Shown here one piece after another: positions 41,177 through 51,511 of a stretch of DNA of 64,000 bases. Every line of letters starts with the position of its first letter. The stretch's first letter is position 1. Origin of the DNA: an uncultured bacterium (GTDB lineage: Bacteria > Chloroflexota > UBA5177 > JANWHV01); assembly GCA_963827235.1 (NCBI GenBank), contig CAWHAE010000012.1, positions 1,569,221 to 1,633,220 of the forward strand. Reading direction: 5' to 3'. The translations under genes were made by a program, and so were the position numbers. The notes below the pieces were generated by a model. The model made no database searches, was not told where the DNA came from, and saw nothing but the letters and a program-made list of their open reading frames with translations.

Positions 41177-43716
41177 TCGAGGTTCTGCTGCGGGGGATGC
41201 TGATCCGCAAGCTCCGCGCGGCACTGACGGCCTTCGGGGTGGTGCTCGGCGTGGCGATGATCGGCGGCACGTTCGTGCTTACCGACACCATCATGAGCGC
41301 CTATGACAGCATCTTCAACACCGCCTACCTGCACAGCGATGCCGTGGTCGTGGCCAAGGCGCCGTTTGGCGTCGTGGGCACCAACAAAGAAGCAGTGCCG
41401 GCGACGCTGCTCCAGCGTATCCGCGCGCTGCCGGCGGTAGCGCGCGCCCACGGCTTCATCGACACACACGCCGAGATCACCAACACCGGCGGCACGGTCC
41501 TCGGCGGATCGGGCGAGACCCTGCTGTTCGGCATACCCTCGGCCGATCTGGATGCGATGAATCCGCTCAGGCTGCAGGGTGGACGGTGGCCGCGCGGTCC
41601 TCACGACATTATCGTCGACGAGGCAACGGCGAAAGACCAGCATCTCGGTATTGGCGCGACCGTTGGGCTTGTCACGCGCAAGCCGCTCGAGCGGTTCCAC
41701 GTGGTTGGCACTTTCCGGTTCGGCGGCGTTACCACGCTGGGTCCCACGCAGATGCTTGCCGTGGACCTCGGCGTCGCCCAACGCCTCTCGGACAAGCAAG
41801 GGATGTTCGATGAGATAGACGTCGCACGCCGGCCCGGAGTCACCACCGCTGCGCTCGTTACGGCCATCGGCGAGGTGCTGCCGCCGACCGCACAGGTGAG
41901 CACTGCCGCCCAGCAGGCGCGGGACGCCACCTCCGACGTCGGTGCGCAGTATATGCCGTTGCAGTATGTGCTCCTGGCATTCGGCGGAGTGGCGCTCTTC
42001 GTGGCGTCATTCATCATCTTCAACACCATGTCCATTACCGTTATGCAGCGGCTGCGCGAGCTAGCAACGCTGCGCGCACTCGGCGCATCGCGCCGCCAGG
42101 TCCTGGCCTCGATCCTCCTCGAAGGGGCGGTCATCGGAACAGTCGCCTCCGTGGTTGGCTTGGGCGCCGGCATCGGCTTTGCCAAAGGCCTCGATGTCCT
42201 GTTTGCCGCCTCCAAGATCCACCTGCCTGGAGCCAGCCTGGTCTTCGCCTGGCGAACGGTGCTGATCGGCCTCGGCGCCGGTATCGGCGTCAGCCTTGCC
42301 GCGAGCCTATCGCCTGCGCTTCGCGCTGTGCGCGTTCCACCGTTGTCTGCCTTCCGCCAGGATGCCGTCCCCGCCTCGTCTCGCCGTTCACGCCAGTCAC
42401 GGATCGTGTTCGTCGGTGGAGTGATACTGGGCGCCTCGGCACTTGTCGCGGCGGCGACAGCCGGCGACCTGTCGACGACCAGCCGGCTGCTTGTCCTTGC
42501 TGCAGGCGCGCTCTTCCTCTTCCTGGCGCTGGGGGGCGCCGCGCAGTGGATCGTGCCGCCGCTGGCCGCGGTCGTCGAGAGGCTCTTGTCGCCCATCGGC
42601 CGGACGGCGACTGAGCTTGGCCGCGACAACACGGTTCGCGCGCCCGGGCGAACGGCGACCACCGCCGGCGCCCTTGCAGTCGGTATCGCCTTGATCGTCG
42701 TGGCCACGATCCTCGCGCAGGGCCTCAGCCTGACCACCGGCAACTCAATTCGCCGGCAGGTGAGCGCCGGCTACGTGGTCACGCCGCTCAAGGACGTCTT
42801 GCCGCCGGAGGTACAGCGGGCGCTCAAGGCAGCCGGCCTGGCAAGCGCCGGTGTGCGCGGAGGAACCGTGCACTCCTTCGACGGCAACGAGCTCATGGCG
42901 GCCGTCAGCCCCGCGGACATCGCTCGCTTCTATCACTTCGAGTGGACCGGCGGATCGAGCCAGAGCGCGCTCTCATCGCTCGATGGCACGGGGGTGCTGG
43001 TCGCTGGCGACTTCGCCTCTGCCCACCACCTCAAGGTGGGCATGCGACTCACGGCACAAACGACCTCTGGATTGACACTGCAGCTCACGGTTCGCGGCAT
43101 CTATGCCGCGCCGGCTATCGCACCCTTGCTGGGTGCCATGACGATCACGACCGAGCTGTTCGACCGGAGCTTCACCACGCCCGGGGATAGCGCGGTCTAC
43201 GTCGACGGCAATGGCAGCGCGCAGAGTCGTGCCGCGATCGAGAGGGTGCTCAAGCCGTTTCCCTCGGCGCAGCTCCACAGCTTGGACGAGTTCATCACCC
43301 TGAGCGATGCGCCAATCGCGGACGTGCTCAACCTCTTCTATCTGCTGCTCGCATTGTCGGTGGTTATCAGCCTGTGCGGGCTGATCAACACGCTCGCTCT
43401 CTCGGTCAGCGAGCGAAGGCGAGAGATCGGGATGCTGCGCGCCATCGGCATGACGCGAGCCCAGGTGGCGGCAATGATCTGCGTCGAGAGCGAGATCATC
43501 GCGCTGATCGGTGCTTCGGTTGGCATCGTCGCCGGTCTGGTCCTGGCCGCGGTTGCCACACGAGCGCTTTCCGCCTGGTCAGTCGGCTACGGCATTCCGT
43601 GGATCACTCTGGCCGTCCTCGTCGTCGTGTCGCTCGTGGCCAGCGCCGCGGCCGGGATCCTGCCCGCGCGCCGCGCTGCACGTCTCGACCCGCTCACCGC
43701 ACTAGCGTACGAATGA
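41173..43716 (+). CDS. FtsX/MacB-like ABC permease (duplicated)
   Basis: QRLRELATLRALGA and ERRREIGMLRAIG motifs; ends PARRAARLDPLTAL. Confidence 0.93.
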   Translation: MIEVLLRGMLIRKLRAALTAFGVVLGVAMIGGTFVLTDTIMSAYDSIFNTAYLHSDAVVVAKAPFGVVGTNKEAVPATLLQRIRALPAVARAHGFIDTHAEITNTGGTVLGGSGETLLFGIPSADLDAMNPLRLQGGRWPRGPHDIIVDEATAKDQHLGIGATVGLVTRKPLERFHVVGTFRFGGVTTLGPTQMLAVDLGVAQRLSDKQGMFDEIDVARRPGVTTAALVTAIGEVLPPTAQVSTAAQQARDATSDVGAQYMPLQYVLLAFGGVALFVASFIIFNTMSITVMQRLRELATLRALGASRRQVLASILLEGAVIGTVASVVGLGAGIGFAKGLDVLFAASKIHLPGASLVFAWRTVLIGLGAGIGVSLAASLSPALRAVRVPPLSAFRQDAVPASSRRSRQSRIVFVGGVILGASALVAAATAGDLSTTSRLLVLAAGALFLFLALGGAAQWIVPPLAAVVERLLSPIGRTATELGRDNTVRAPGRTATTAGALAVGIALIVVATILAQGLSLTTGNSIRRQVSAGYVVTPLKDVLPPEVQRALKAAGLASAGVRGGTVHSFDGNELMAAVSPADIARFYHFEWTGGSSQSALSSLDGTGVLVAGDFASAHHLKVGMRLTAQTTSGLTLQLTVRGIYAAPAIAPLLGAMTITTELFDRSFTTPGDSAVYVDGNGSAQSRAAIERVLKPFPSAQLHSLDEFITLSDAPIADVLNLFYLLLALSVVISLCGLINTLALSVSERRREIGMLRAIGMTRAQVAAMICVESEIIALIGASVGIVAGLVLAAVATRALSAWSVGYGIPWITLAVLVVVSLVASAAAGILPARRAARLDPLTALAYE

Positions 43717-43725
43717 GGTGCTGCT

Positions 43726-44415
43726 ATGCCCTGGCAACGACACATGTATGAGCTCATCTACCGGCGCGGCAAGCCACGCTGGGAGACCGACCGGATCCCG
43801 GAGGTGCTGGTCGATCTGGTCGAAGGCGCGCAGGCCCTGCCGCCCGGCCGGGCGATCGATCTGGGCTGCGGCACCGGCTCGCACGCCGTCTATCTCGCAC
43901 AGCACTGCTGGCAGGTCGTCGGGGTTGACTTCTCAGCGACCGCCGTCCGGGCGGCGAGGAAGAAGGCCGGTGCCCTGCGAGGCGTCGAGTTCGTGGAAGG
44001 CGACGTCACCAGGCTGGGCGACGCCGGCATCCAGGGACCATTCAGCCTGGTGCTCGACGTCGGCTGCTTCCACGGTATCCCGGCCGCGCGCCACGACGCC
44101 TATGTCGACGAAGTGGCGCGGATCACCGTGGCCGGCTCGCTCGTCGTGCTGTGGGCGATCGACGCCGAGCGGCGTTCGTGGGTGCCGGGAGAGCCGAGAG
44201 CGGACGAGCGAGAAATCCGGCGGCGCTTCGCGGCGCAGTTCGACATCCTGAGCGCCCGGCCCGGCAGCATTTTCCACGAGGGAGGTGAGACTGCACGTTG
44301 GCCCGCCCGCTGGTACGTGATGCAACGCCGGGATCCGGGCGTGCACGAAAGGCCGGCCCGCTCAATCGAAGGTGGGCCGGGCATGGGTGAGCACGGCGGA
44401 GAACCGGGCGGCTGA
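43726..44415 (+). CDS. Class I SAM-dependent methyltransferase
   Basis: RAIDLGCGTG and LDVGCFH motifs. Confidence 0.9.
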   Translation: MPWQRHMYELIYRRGKPRWETDRIPEVLVDLVEGAQALPPGRAIDLGCGTGSHAVYLAQHCWQVVGVDFSATAVRAARKKAGALRGVEFVEGDVTRLGDAGIQGPFSLVLDVGCFHGIPAARHDAYVDEVARITVAGSLVVLWAIDAERRSWVPGEPRADEREIRRRFAAQFDILSARPGSIFHEGGETARWPARWYVMQRRDPGVHERPARSIEGGPGMGEHGGEPGG

Positions 44416-44439
44416 GCGGATTCGCCCTTGCCGGACGGC

Positions 44440-45195
44440 TCAGCGCAGGTAGGAGGCGCCGTTCAGGTCGAGCACGGCACCGCTGGCCCATTCCGCGGCC
44501 GGCGAGGCAAGCCAGGCCACCGCGGCCGCTACTTCCGCGGGCTCGGCGACCCGGTGGAAGGGACTCTGGGCGCGAATCGCCTCGCCACCGGGGCCGGCGA
44601 GCAGCGACTCGGCCATATCGGTTCGCACGAAGCCGGGAGCGACCGCCGCCACGGCGATGCCATGGGGAGCCAGCGCGACGGCCAGGGACTGGGTCATGGC
44701 GTGCACCGCCGCCTTGCTCGCGCCGTAGGCCGGCGCGGTCGGCTCACCGCGGAAGGCGCCGCGAGAGCCGATGGTGACAATACGCGCGCCCCACGGGCCT
44801 TCCGCCCGGTGCAGGAGATAGTCCACCACGCACCAGGTCAGGTTGGCCGTGCCGTGCACGTTGACGTCTATGATCCGCCGCCAGGCAGACTGCCAATCGG
44901 CATAGGATGTCGAGGCGATGGGGTGCTCGTCGTAGATGGCCGCGTTGTTGACCAGGATGTCGATGCCGCCGATCGTGCCGACGGTTGTCGAGACGATGGC
45001 CTGGGCCTGTTGGGGGTCGGCGAGGTCGCCGCTCACCACGCAGTGCCCGGTGCCGGGCAGCGCGGCGGCAACCGCCTCCGCCCGCGCGATGCCGGTGTTG
45101 CAGTGCACGGCCACGACGTGGCCCGCGGCGGCCAGCGCCTCGGCAATCGCGGCGCCGATGCCACGCGAGCCGCCGGTGACGAGCGCTCGACGCAT
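44440..45195 (-). CDS. Short-chain dehydrogenase/reductase
   Basis: TGGSRGIG, NNAA, YGASK and APGFVRT motifs. Confidence 0.95.
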   Translation of the reverse strand: MRRALVTGGSRGIGAAIAEALAAAGHVVAVHCNTGIARAEAVAAALPGTGHCVVSGDLADPQQAQAIVSTTVGTIGGIDILVNNAAIYDEHPIASTSYADWQSAWRRIIDVNVHGTANLTWCVVDYLLHRAEGPWGARIVTIGSRGAFRGEPTAPAYGASKAAVHAMTQSLAVALAPHGIAVAAVAPGFVRTDMAESLLAGPGGEAIRAQSPFHRVAEPAEVAAAVAWLASPAAEWASGAVLDLNGASYLR

Positions 45196-45198
45196 GGT

Positions 45199-45693
45199 TC
45201 AGTGTGCTCCTCTCAACATGCTCCGGATTGCATGGGCGCACCGTGCGGCCTCATCGGCATCGCCAGCGTTATGTGCGCCGGTCTTGCTGTCCCGCAGATA
45301 GGCGAACACGCCGGGACCACGGCGATCCGCCGGCGTGTCCTCAAAGCGCGGGATCAGGTGCACGTGCAGATGCGCAAACTCGGGCGCTTCCATGTACATG
45401 CTGAGATAGATCTTCTTCGGGTGAAGCACGTCGGTCATCGCCTGCGTGATCTGCCGCGTGAGCGGGCCAAACGTGGCCGCCTCCTCAACAGTCAGATCGG
45501 CGAAGGCCTCGACGTGACGGAGCGGCTTGAGCACGAGCCAGCCCACCAATGGTATTGGCTCGATGCTATGCTCGAGACACCAGAGGGTATCACGGTAGAT
45601 GTATCCGCCGGGGACGGCGATCTCGCCGCTGTTGATGCGGCACGTGTAGCAGCCGGGGAGTGCCGGCTGTTTATCCGCCTGAATGGTAGACAT
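45199..45693 (-). CDS. HIT-family nucleotide hydrolase
   Basis: CYTC and HLHVHLIPR histidine triad. Confidence 0.92.
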   Translation of the reverse strand: MSTIQADKQPALPGCYTCRINSGEIAVPGGYIYRDTLWCLEHSIEPIPLVGWLVLKPLRHVEAFADLTVEEAATFGPLTRQITQAMTDVLHPKKIYLSMYMEAPEFAHLHVHLIPRFEDTPADRRGPGVFAYLRDSKTGAHNAGDADEAARCAHAIRSMLRGAH

Positions 45694-45985
45694 TCCTCCA
45701 ACCTCCGCGTTCACATCGGGGCCCGGCTCGATCCGGCTAGTTACGCGGTATCCCGCCTATAGTATCTCAAGGAAATCACACCATGCCCGCGCTGGGAGGA
45801 CACAAGACAGTACAGATTCGCCTGCAGTGAGTATGGTGGGTGACCATTACAGTACGCAGGAAGGAGGCCAGTACCTGGCACTACCTGCTGACCCATCGGC
45901 CAGCACGATCGGCGGATCACCTCATAGTCGTGCTGAATCGGGTCCGTGAGGCGCAGGGCTAATCGCTGGAAGTCTTCTGATTGGG

Positions 45986-46285
45986 ATGTCCCCGACGCAT
46001 GATTCGTCCCTCCGAAGAACTCTGCGAGGCACTGATCGTGGTCGGGACAGCACTGTGAGCCTGCTCAGATATGCCAGGGACCGGTTCGTGGCCGCACTCA
46101 AAGCCGATAGGCCGTTTGAAGCAGGCCTGGGGATCTCGGAGTTGGCCGGTTACCCGGGCATATACGAGTTTCACTTTTCGGCCGGCGGCCGCGCTACATT
46201 TCAGTACGGCTCGGACGCCTGCGGCGCCACCGCTTATATCGTCTGGCGACGTATCGGCGGTCACGAGATCTATCGCGAGCCCTGA
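45986..46285 (+). pseudogene. Orphan, probably degraded RelE/ParE-fold toxin-like gene
   Basis: C-terminus GIYEFHFSAGGRATFQYG..IVWRRIGGHEIY resembles small RelE-like proteins; N-terminus looks scrambled; no antitoxin next to it. Confidence 0.5.
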
Positions 46286-46429
46286 GCCGGGCGATCGGCC
46301 TAAACCCAAGCCACTCTCTGTCAAACCCGCAGGCTTTGCTCGAGCGCGGCGGTGAGCTCACGGGGGCGGGCAAGATGCCCGCGGCTCCGGGCTGGGGGCC
46401 GCGTCTGCAGATCCCGGCGTGGCTTGACT

Positions 46430-46915
46430 TTAGATATCCGGCGCCGCCAGGCCGTGCGCGCCGAGCGAGAACGAGAGCTCGCCGCCGTGGTGCAGATCGT
46501 GCTCGAGCACATGCCAGACGATCCACCGGCGCGAGAGCTCGTACGGCTCCCCAAACCGCTCGCCGCGGAAGACATGGTCCAGGTCTGCCGGGGTCCAGCG
46601 TTGCAGGCAGGTCCGCCAATCGGCAAAGGTGACCTCGAGCCCGTCGACCAGCTCGGCAGCGGACAGCGGATCGCCCTCCCACGGCCACTCTGCGATGGCC
46701 GCTACCGTGGTGCCGCCCTCTGCCATCACCTTGTGCAGCCAGGTGGCGCGCGTGCGCACGATGTGCCGGGCAATCTGGCCGATAGTGCGTAGATGAGGGG
46801 AGATACCCAGACGGAGCTGCTCGGCGGTGAGCGGCATCACGGCGCGGACGAGATGGCCCTGATACACCTCCCAGCCGGTGTAGAAGTCCCAGCTGGCGAT
46901 CGCCGGCTGCGTCAT
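46430..46915 (-). CDS. DinB-family protein
   Basis: IGQIARHI and WIVWHVLEHDLHHGGELS motifs. Confidence 0.92.
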   Translation of the reverse strand: MTQPAIASWDFYTGWEVYQGHLVRAVMPLTAEQLRLGISPHLRTIGQIARHIVRTRATWLHKVMAEGGTTVAAIAEWPWEGDPLSAAELVDGLEVTFADWRTCLQRWTPADLDHVFRGERFGEPYELSRRWIVWHVLEHDLHHGGELSFSLGAHGLAAPDI

Positions 46916-47045
46916 GTCTCGCCCCTCCTCCCCGAACTCACTGCGTGGTGACTGGCCGGCAGTGCCGCGCTCCCGGCATCCCCTGCATCATACCGTCCCG
47001 CCAAGCGTCCGCGTGGCTGCCAATCGAGGCGAGACGCCGCGGATA

Positions 47046-50000
47046 TCAGTCCGGCGCGGTGCAGCTCGACTGTGCTGCGGCCAGCGGCAGCTTCAGGCAG
47101 AACACGCTGCCGCTCGGTCCCGTGCGCTCGAGTGCCAGCTCGCCGTGCATGGCCTGGGCGAAGCTTCGACCGAGGTACAGGCCCAGCCCCGTACCGACTC
47201 GGCCGGCGCGGATGCGGCTGCCCGGCACGCGGCCAAAGCGCGTAAAGAGGTGCTCGCGGCCCTCGACGGGTACCCCGCGCCCATGATCGCGCACGCGCAC
47301 GACCGCCTGTACCTCCTCTGCTGCCCAGCTCACTTCGATCGGCGCTCCGTCCGGCGAATACTTGGCCGCGTTGTCCAGGAGATTGACGAGAATCTGCACC
47401 GCCCGCTCGGGATCGGCCATCATGTCGAGGTTGGGCGGCCCTTCCAGCCAGATCAGCTGTCCGCGGTATCCCGTGCGCACTTCGTCTGCCGCGCGCTCGA
47501 CCACGCTCTGAATTCGGGTGGGCTCGACCGTGGGGACGGGCGTCGTGATCTCCAGGCGGCTCATGATCAGGAGCTGTTCGACCAGGTATTTCTGCCGATT
47601 CGCCGCGTCCACGATGCGGCGGATACGGGTGAGCCGGTCGTCGTCCGGCAGCTGCGACCAGTGCGCCTGCAAGAGCTCGGCGTAGCCCACGATGGCGGTC
47701 AGGGGCGACCGCAGCTCGTGACTCACCGCGGCGACGAAGCTACTGCGGAGCTGGGCGAGATCTTCGGCCGCGGCGACCTGCGCCTGCGTCCGCTCGAGCA
47801 GCTCGGTTTTCAGTCGATCGGTCTCGGCCAGCCGCCTGTTCAAATCGGTCAGCCGAGCGGCAGTAGCGCGGAAGACTTCCTTGTCGATCCGTTCCCGCTC
47901 CAGCGCTTCTTCGGCTTCCTGGGCCTGCCGGTTGCGCACAACGCGGAACCGCACTTCAAAGGGCGTGCTCCAGTTTCCGCCCCAGTTGCATGCCGCCACC
48001 CGGAAAATGTAGGCGCCTGGCCGCAGATTCATGTAGCGCTGGCGGCGCCGCATGCTTGGCGCGGACCAGCCGGCCTCCAGTCCCATGAGCTGGACACGAT
48101 AGACGACCTGCGCGGGCGCCGCGAAGCTCACGGCCCCGTATTCGAACTCCAGGTCGTACTCGGTATCCTCGAGCACCATGTCGTCCATGGGCTCGCGCGC
48201 GGTGCCCATGACAAAGAAGCCGGTCAGGTACACCGAGCACGGCGGGACATCGTCCGGAATGAGCGTGGTCTCCACGATGCCCACGCCCTTGGCCGTGCCT
48301 ACCCACAGCCGGCCGCGCGTATCGAGATGGAGTGCGTTAGAGTCGCACTCATTGTGTGGCAGCCCCAGGCTCTGATCGACGGTCACGCACTGTAGGGTCC
48401 AGGGTGCAAACCGCGTCACCCCGCAACCGGTGCCCAGCCACAGGTAGCCCCGCGCATCAACCCGGCACGTGTAGACGAGATCGCTGCGCAGTCCGTCGGC
48501 CATCGTGATCGTGCTTACCACGGACCGGCGCCTGGGATCGACGCAGATCAGGCCGCCGCCGTAGGAGCAGGCCCAGAGGAGGCCGTGCGTATCGAGCGCG
48601 AGATCTTGCAGCAAGTGCGGCGCCGCTTCACCGCCGAGATCGATGCTGTCCAGGATGCAGCCCTCGATTGGATCGACGCACACCAGCCGGTGCGAGGCAG
48701 TGCACGCCCAAAGGTGCCCCTGAGCGTCCAGCTGCAAGCCGTGAATGTCGACATCGGGCAGACCGTCGGCCGGGCCGAGCTCCCTGACCAGCCGCCTGGT
48801 CTCGACGTCGATGCACATGAGCCCGTGCTGCGACGTGCCGAGCCACAAGAGGCGCGAGTCGACCAGACACATGGCCAGCCCCGAGACTTCACGATCGGCC
48901 AGGAGGTGCGCGCGCACGGCGCCCGTGACGGCGTCGAGGCAGAACAACCCTCGCCGTCTGACGCTCGCCCAGACCTGACCGCACTGGTCAAAGAGCAGCC
49001 CAAAGACCGGCATCTGCAACAGCATCGGTGGCAAGTCGGGCAGCGCGGCCACACGCTCGTTTTCGCCGTCGACCACGACGATGCCGGCCTCCGTGCCTAT
49101 CCACAGGGAGCCACGGCGATCGTCCGCAAAACACCATGCCAGCCGGTGGTCCGGGTTCGCCGTTCCGCTCAGCGAGGATACCGGCTGCCTTGGGCCTGAC
49201 AGAATGGCGATGCCCCGGTGCGTGCTGGCCCACACACGGCCTTGCCGATCGTGATGCAGGGCAAGAACGACGTCCGACGGCAAGCCGTCGCGGGTGGTAA
49301 ACGTGTCTTGCAGGTGCCCATCGACGAGCACATACGCCCCCTTGCGAGTGCCAACCCACAGGCGTTCCTGATCGTCCATGCAGATGGCATGGACCGTGGA
49401 GCCGAAGCGATGGACGAGCACCGGCTGCTCGCTCTCATCGCCGCCGCTCACCCCGGCGCAGTAGAGACCGCCACCGGCCAAGCCCGCCCATATACGCCCT
49501 CGCGGATCGCGGTAGACATACCGCACCATGCACGTCTCGACTTCGGGAATGGGAACACGGTGGCAGGCGGCGTCATCAGGAGCGACGACGAGGCCGCCTT
49601 CCGTGCCGATCCAAACCCTGCCGGCCAGGTCGCTCGCCAGCCCGTTCACACGCGGAGAGGGCAGGCCATCGGCCTCGCCCATGACGCGTACCACGGTCTC
49701 ACGATCGATCACGGCGACGCCGTTCTGTGTGCCCGCCCAGAGACGGCCTCGCCCGTCCGCACAGAGGGCCCGCACGGCGTTGTCCGGCAAGCCATGCGCG
49801 TGCGTCAGAGTGCAGGCCAGTCGGGGCCCGGAGGTGCTGCCGACCTGCAGTCTTGCCAGGCCCGTGCCGAGGGTGCCTACCCACAGAGTGCGGCTATCGG
49901 TCAGGCAAAACGCGTGTACGATGCACTCGCGCAAGGGCTCGAGTGCCTGCCTGGCGCCGCAGAACAGGCCGTCGTAGAGCAGAGGCCCGTGCTCGGAGCC

Positions 50001-50168
50001 GAGCCATAAGTACCCTTGCGCATCTTGCAGCAACGCGTTGATCGGGCGCACCGGGAGCTCCGTCGGATCGCGCACGTCCGCGAACTCGCTCTGGTCGACG
50101 CACAGCGAGATACGCCCTGACGGCACGATCCTATAGACGGTCGGCTGCGCTACATGCATACGGCCCAC
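47046..50168 (-). CDS. Histidine kinase with two-component-regulator beta-propellers and Y_Y_Y domain, no TM segment
   Basis: Repeated DGLPS..V..L..D..G.LW(V/I)GT blades; YRVQL.G..W..YMNLRPGAYIFRV; HELRSPL; GTGLGL; start uncertain. Confidence 0.9.
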   Translation of the reverse strand: MGRMHVAQPTVYRIVPSGRISLCVDQSEFADVRDPTELPVRPINALLQDAQGYLWLGSEHGPLLYDGLFCGARQALEPLRECIVHAFCLTDSRTLWVGTLGTGLARLQVGSTSGPRLACTLTHAHGLPDNAVRALCADGRGRLWAGTQNGVAVIDRETVVRVMGEADGLPSPRVNGLASDLAGRVWIGTEGGLVVAPDDAACHRVPIPEVETCMVRYVYRDPRGRIWAGLAGGGLYCAGVSGGDESEQPVLVHRFGSTVHAICMDDQERLWVGTRKGAYVLVDGHLQDTFTTRDGLPSDVVLALHHDRQGRVWASTHRGIAILSGPRQPVSSLSGTANPDHRLAWCFADDRRGSLWIGTEAGIVVVDGENERVAALPDLPPMLLQMPVFGLLFDQCGQVWASVRRRGLFCLDAVTGAVRAHLLADREVSGLAMCLVDSRLLWLGTSQHGLMCIDVETRRLVRELGPADGLPDVDIHGLQLDAQGHLWACTASHRLVCVDPIEGCILDSIDLGGEAAPHLLQDLALDTHGLLWACSYGGGLICVDPRRRSVVSTITMADGLRSDLVYTCRVDARGYLWLGTGCGVTRFAPWTLQCVTVDQSLGLPHNECDSNALHLDTRGRLWVGTAKGVGIVETTLIPDDVPPCSVYLTGFFVMGTAREPMDDMVLEDTEYDLEFEYGAVSFAAPAQVVYRVQLMGLEAGWSAPSMRRRQRYMNLRPGAYIFRVAACNWGGNWSTPFEVRFRVVRNRQAQEAEEALERERIDKEVFRATAARLTDLNRRLAETDRLKTELLERTQAQVAAAEDLAQLRSSFVAAVSHELRSPLTAIVGYAELLQAHWSQLPDDDRLTRIRRIVDAANRQKYLVEQLLIMSRLEITTPVPTVEPTRIQSVVERAADEVRTGYRGQLIWLEGPPNLDMMADPERAVQILVNLLDNAAKYSPDGAPIEVSWAAEEVQAVVRVRDHGRGVPVEGREHLFTRFGRVPGSRIRAGRVGTGLGLYLGRSFAQAMHGELALERTGPSGSVFCLKLPLAAAQSSCTAPD

Positions 50169-50600
50169 GTTCTAGTCGCTGAGCTGATTCGCGGAGGCCG
50201 CGTTCGACGGCCCGTGTCCCCTACCGGGCGGACGGCGACGAGGCGGCTGTCTAGTGCTCGGGCGCGACGCGAGACGGCTCGATTCGTGAAGGCAGATCAG
50301 TAGCTTCCCGCAGCATAGTTTAGCGCACTGTTGAGCCGATTCGAATAGAGCAAAGGTACCGTTTGTAGACGGATTTGCAGAAGGTTGAGCATGGTGGAGC
50401 AGTAAGCTCACCACGCCGGCACGGCCCTACGGGCACTCCTGGCAAACCCGCGCAACTTGACGGCGGTCCAGGTGCAGCCGGTGCGCACCGCTTCCCGGCC
50501 GAGCGGCTATCCCAGGGGACCCAACTCGCTCTTGACAGCCCGCTTATCGATAGTCAGAATGCGAACCAAAGGGCGTGCCATAGGAGAGAAAGTGCATGTC

Positions 50601-51368
50601 ATGAACGAGACACTACGCACGATCCACAAGCTGCGCAGCATTCACGGTGAGTTTTCGGAGCGAGAGATCTCGGCCGACGACCTGACGACGATCCTCAATG
50701 CCGCCGTGCAGGCGGCTACTGCCTCGGCGCGGCAAAGCTACTCCATCATCGTCGTCGAGGACAAGCTGGTGATGCGCGAGTATTTCTCCTATGTCGGCAG
50801 CAAGGCGCTCCTTTTTTGCGTGGATTTCACGCGCATCGCCGACACGGCGACCGTGCTGGGCCATCCCTACGAGGTGCCGGAAGTCCTGGGCTTCATCACC
50901 GGCAGCACCGATACCATCCTTGCCGCGCAGACCGCGGCGATCGCGGCGAAGTCGCTCGGCATCGATTCACTGTTCAGCAACAGCGTGCATCGACTGGACC
51001 TGCGCGAGCTCTATCGGCATTTTCAACTGCCCGAGCGCCACTGCTTTCCCCTGATCACACTGATCCTGGGCTACCCGCGGCAGGAGCCTGCTCACCACGT
51101 GGAGCGCTTGACCGGGGCCGGCGTGATTCACTTCGACCACTACTCGCGCATCACGCGAGAGGAAGCGGGTGATCTCGTCCAGGCTTACGACGATCCCGAG
51201 GAGCATCTCGGCCTGAGCACCAACTGGCGGGAGCTGGGCTACGATCACTACCTGGACTGGTATTACGCCGCCTGGGACGGCTCCGGTTTTCCTGCCGACA
51301 AGCTGTCGGAGCTGTACACCATCCTGGGAGAGGCCGGCTTCCTGCGGAAAGCCATGGCCAGCCGGTAG
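50601..51368 (+). CDS. Nitroreductase (NfsA/FRP-like)
   Basis: LRSIH.EFS, ATASARQSYSIIV and AQTAAIAAKSLGIDS motifs. Confidence 0.9.
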   Translation: MNETLRTIHKLRSIHGEFSEREISADDLTTILNAAVQAATASARQSYSIIVVEDKLVMREYFSYVGSKALLFCVDFTRIADTATVLGHPYEVPEVLGFITGSTDTILAAQTAAIAAKSLGIDSLFSNSVHRLDLRELYRHFQLPERHCFPLITLILGYPRQEPAHHVERLTGAGVIHFDHYSRITREEAGDLVQAYDDPEEHLGLSTNWRELGYDHYLDWYYAAWDGSGFPADKLSELYTILGEAGFLRKAMASR

Positions 51369-51511
51369 CAGCGATCTCGATCTAGCCCCATCCGGCCGCA
51401 TGCCTGGCCCTTTTGGGCGATCCCTCGGCAGGCACAGCGTGCCACGGTGTAGTGGGTGTCGGAGCACGCGCGCCACCGGGGTCGACCGGCGCCTCATCCA
51501 CGGAAGAAGGC

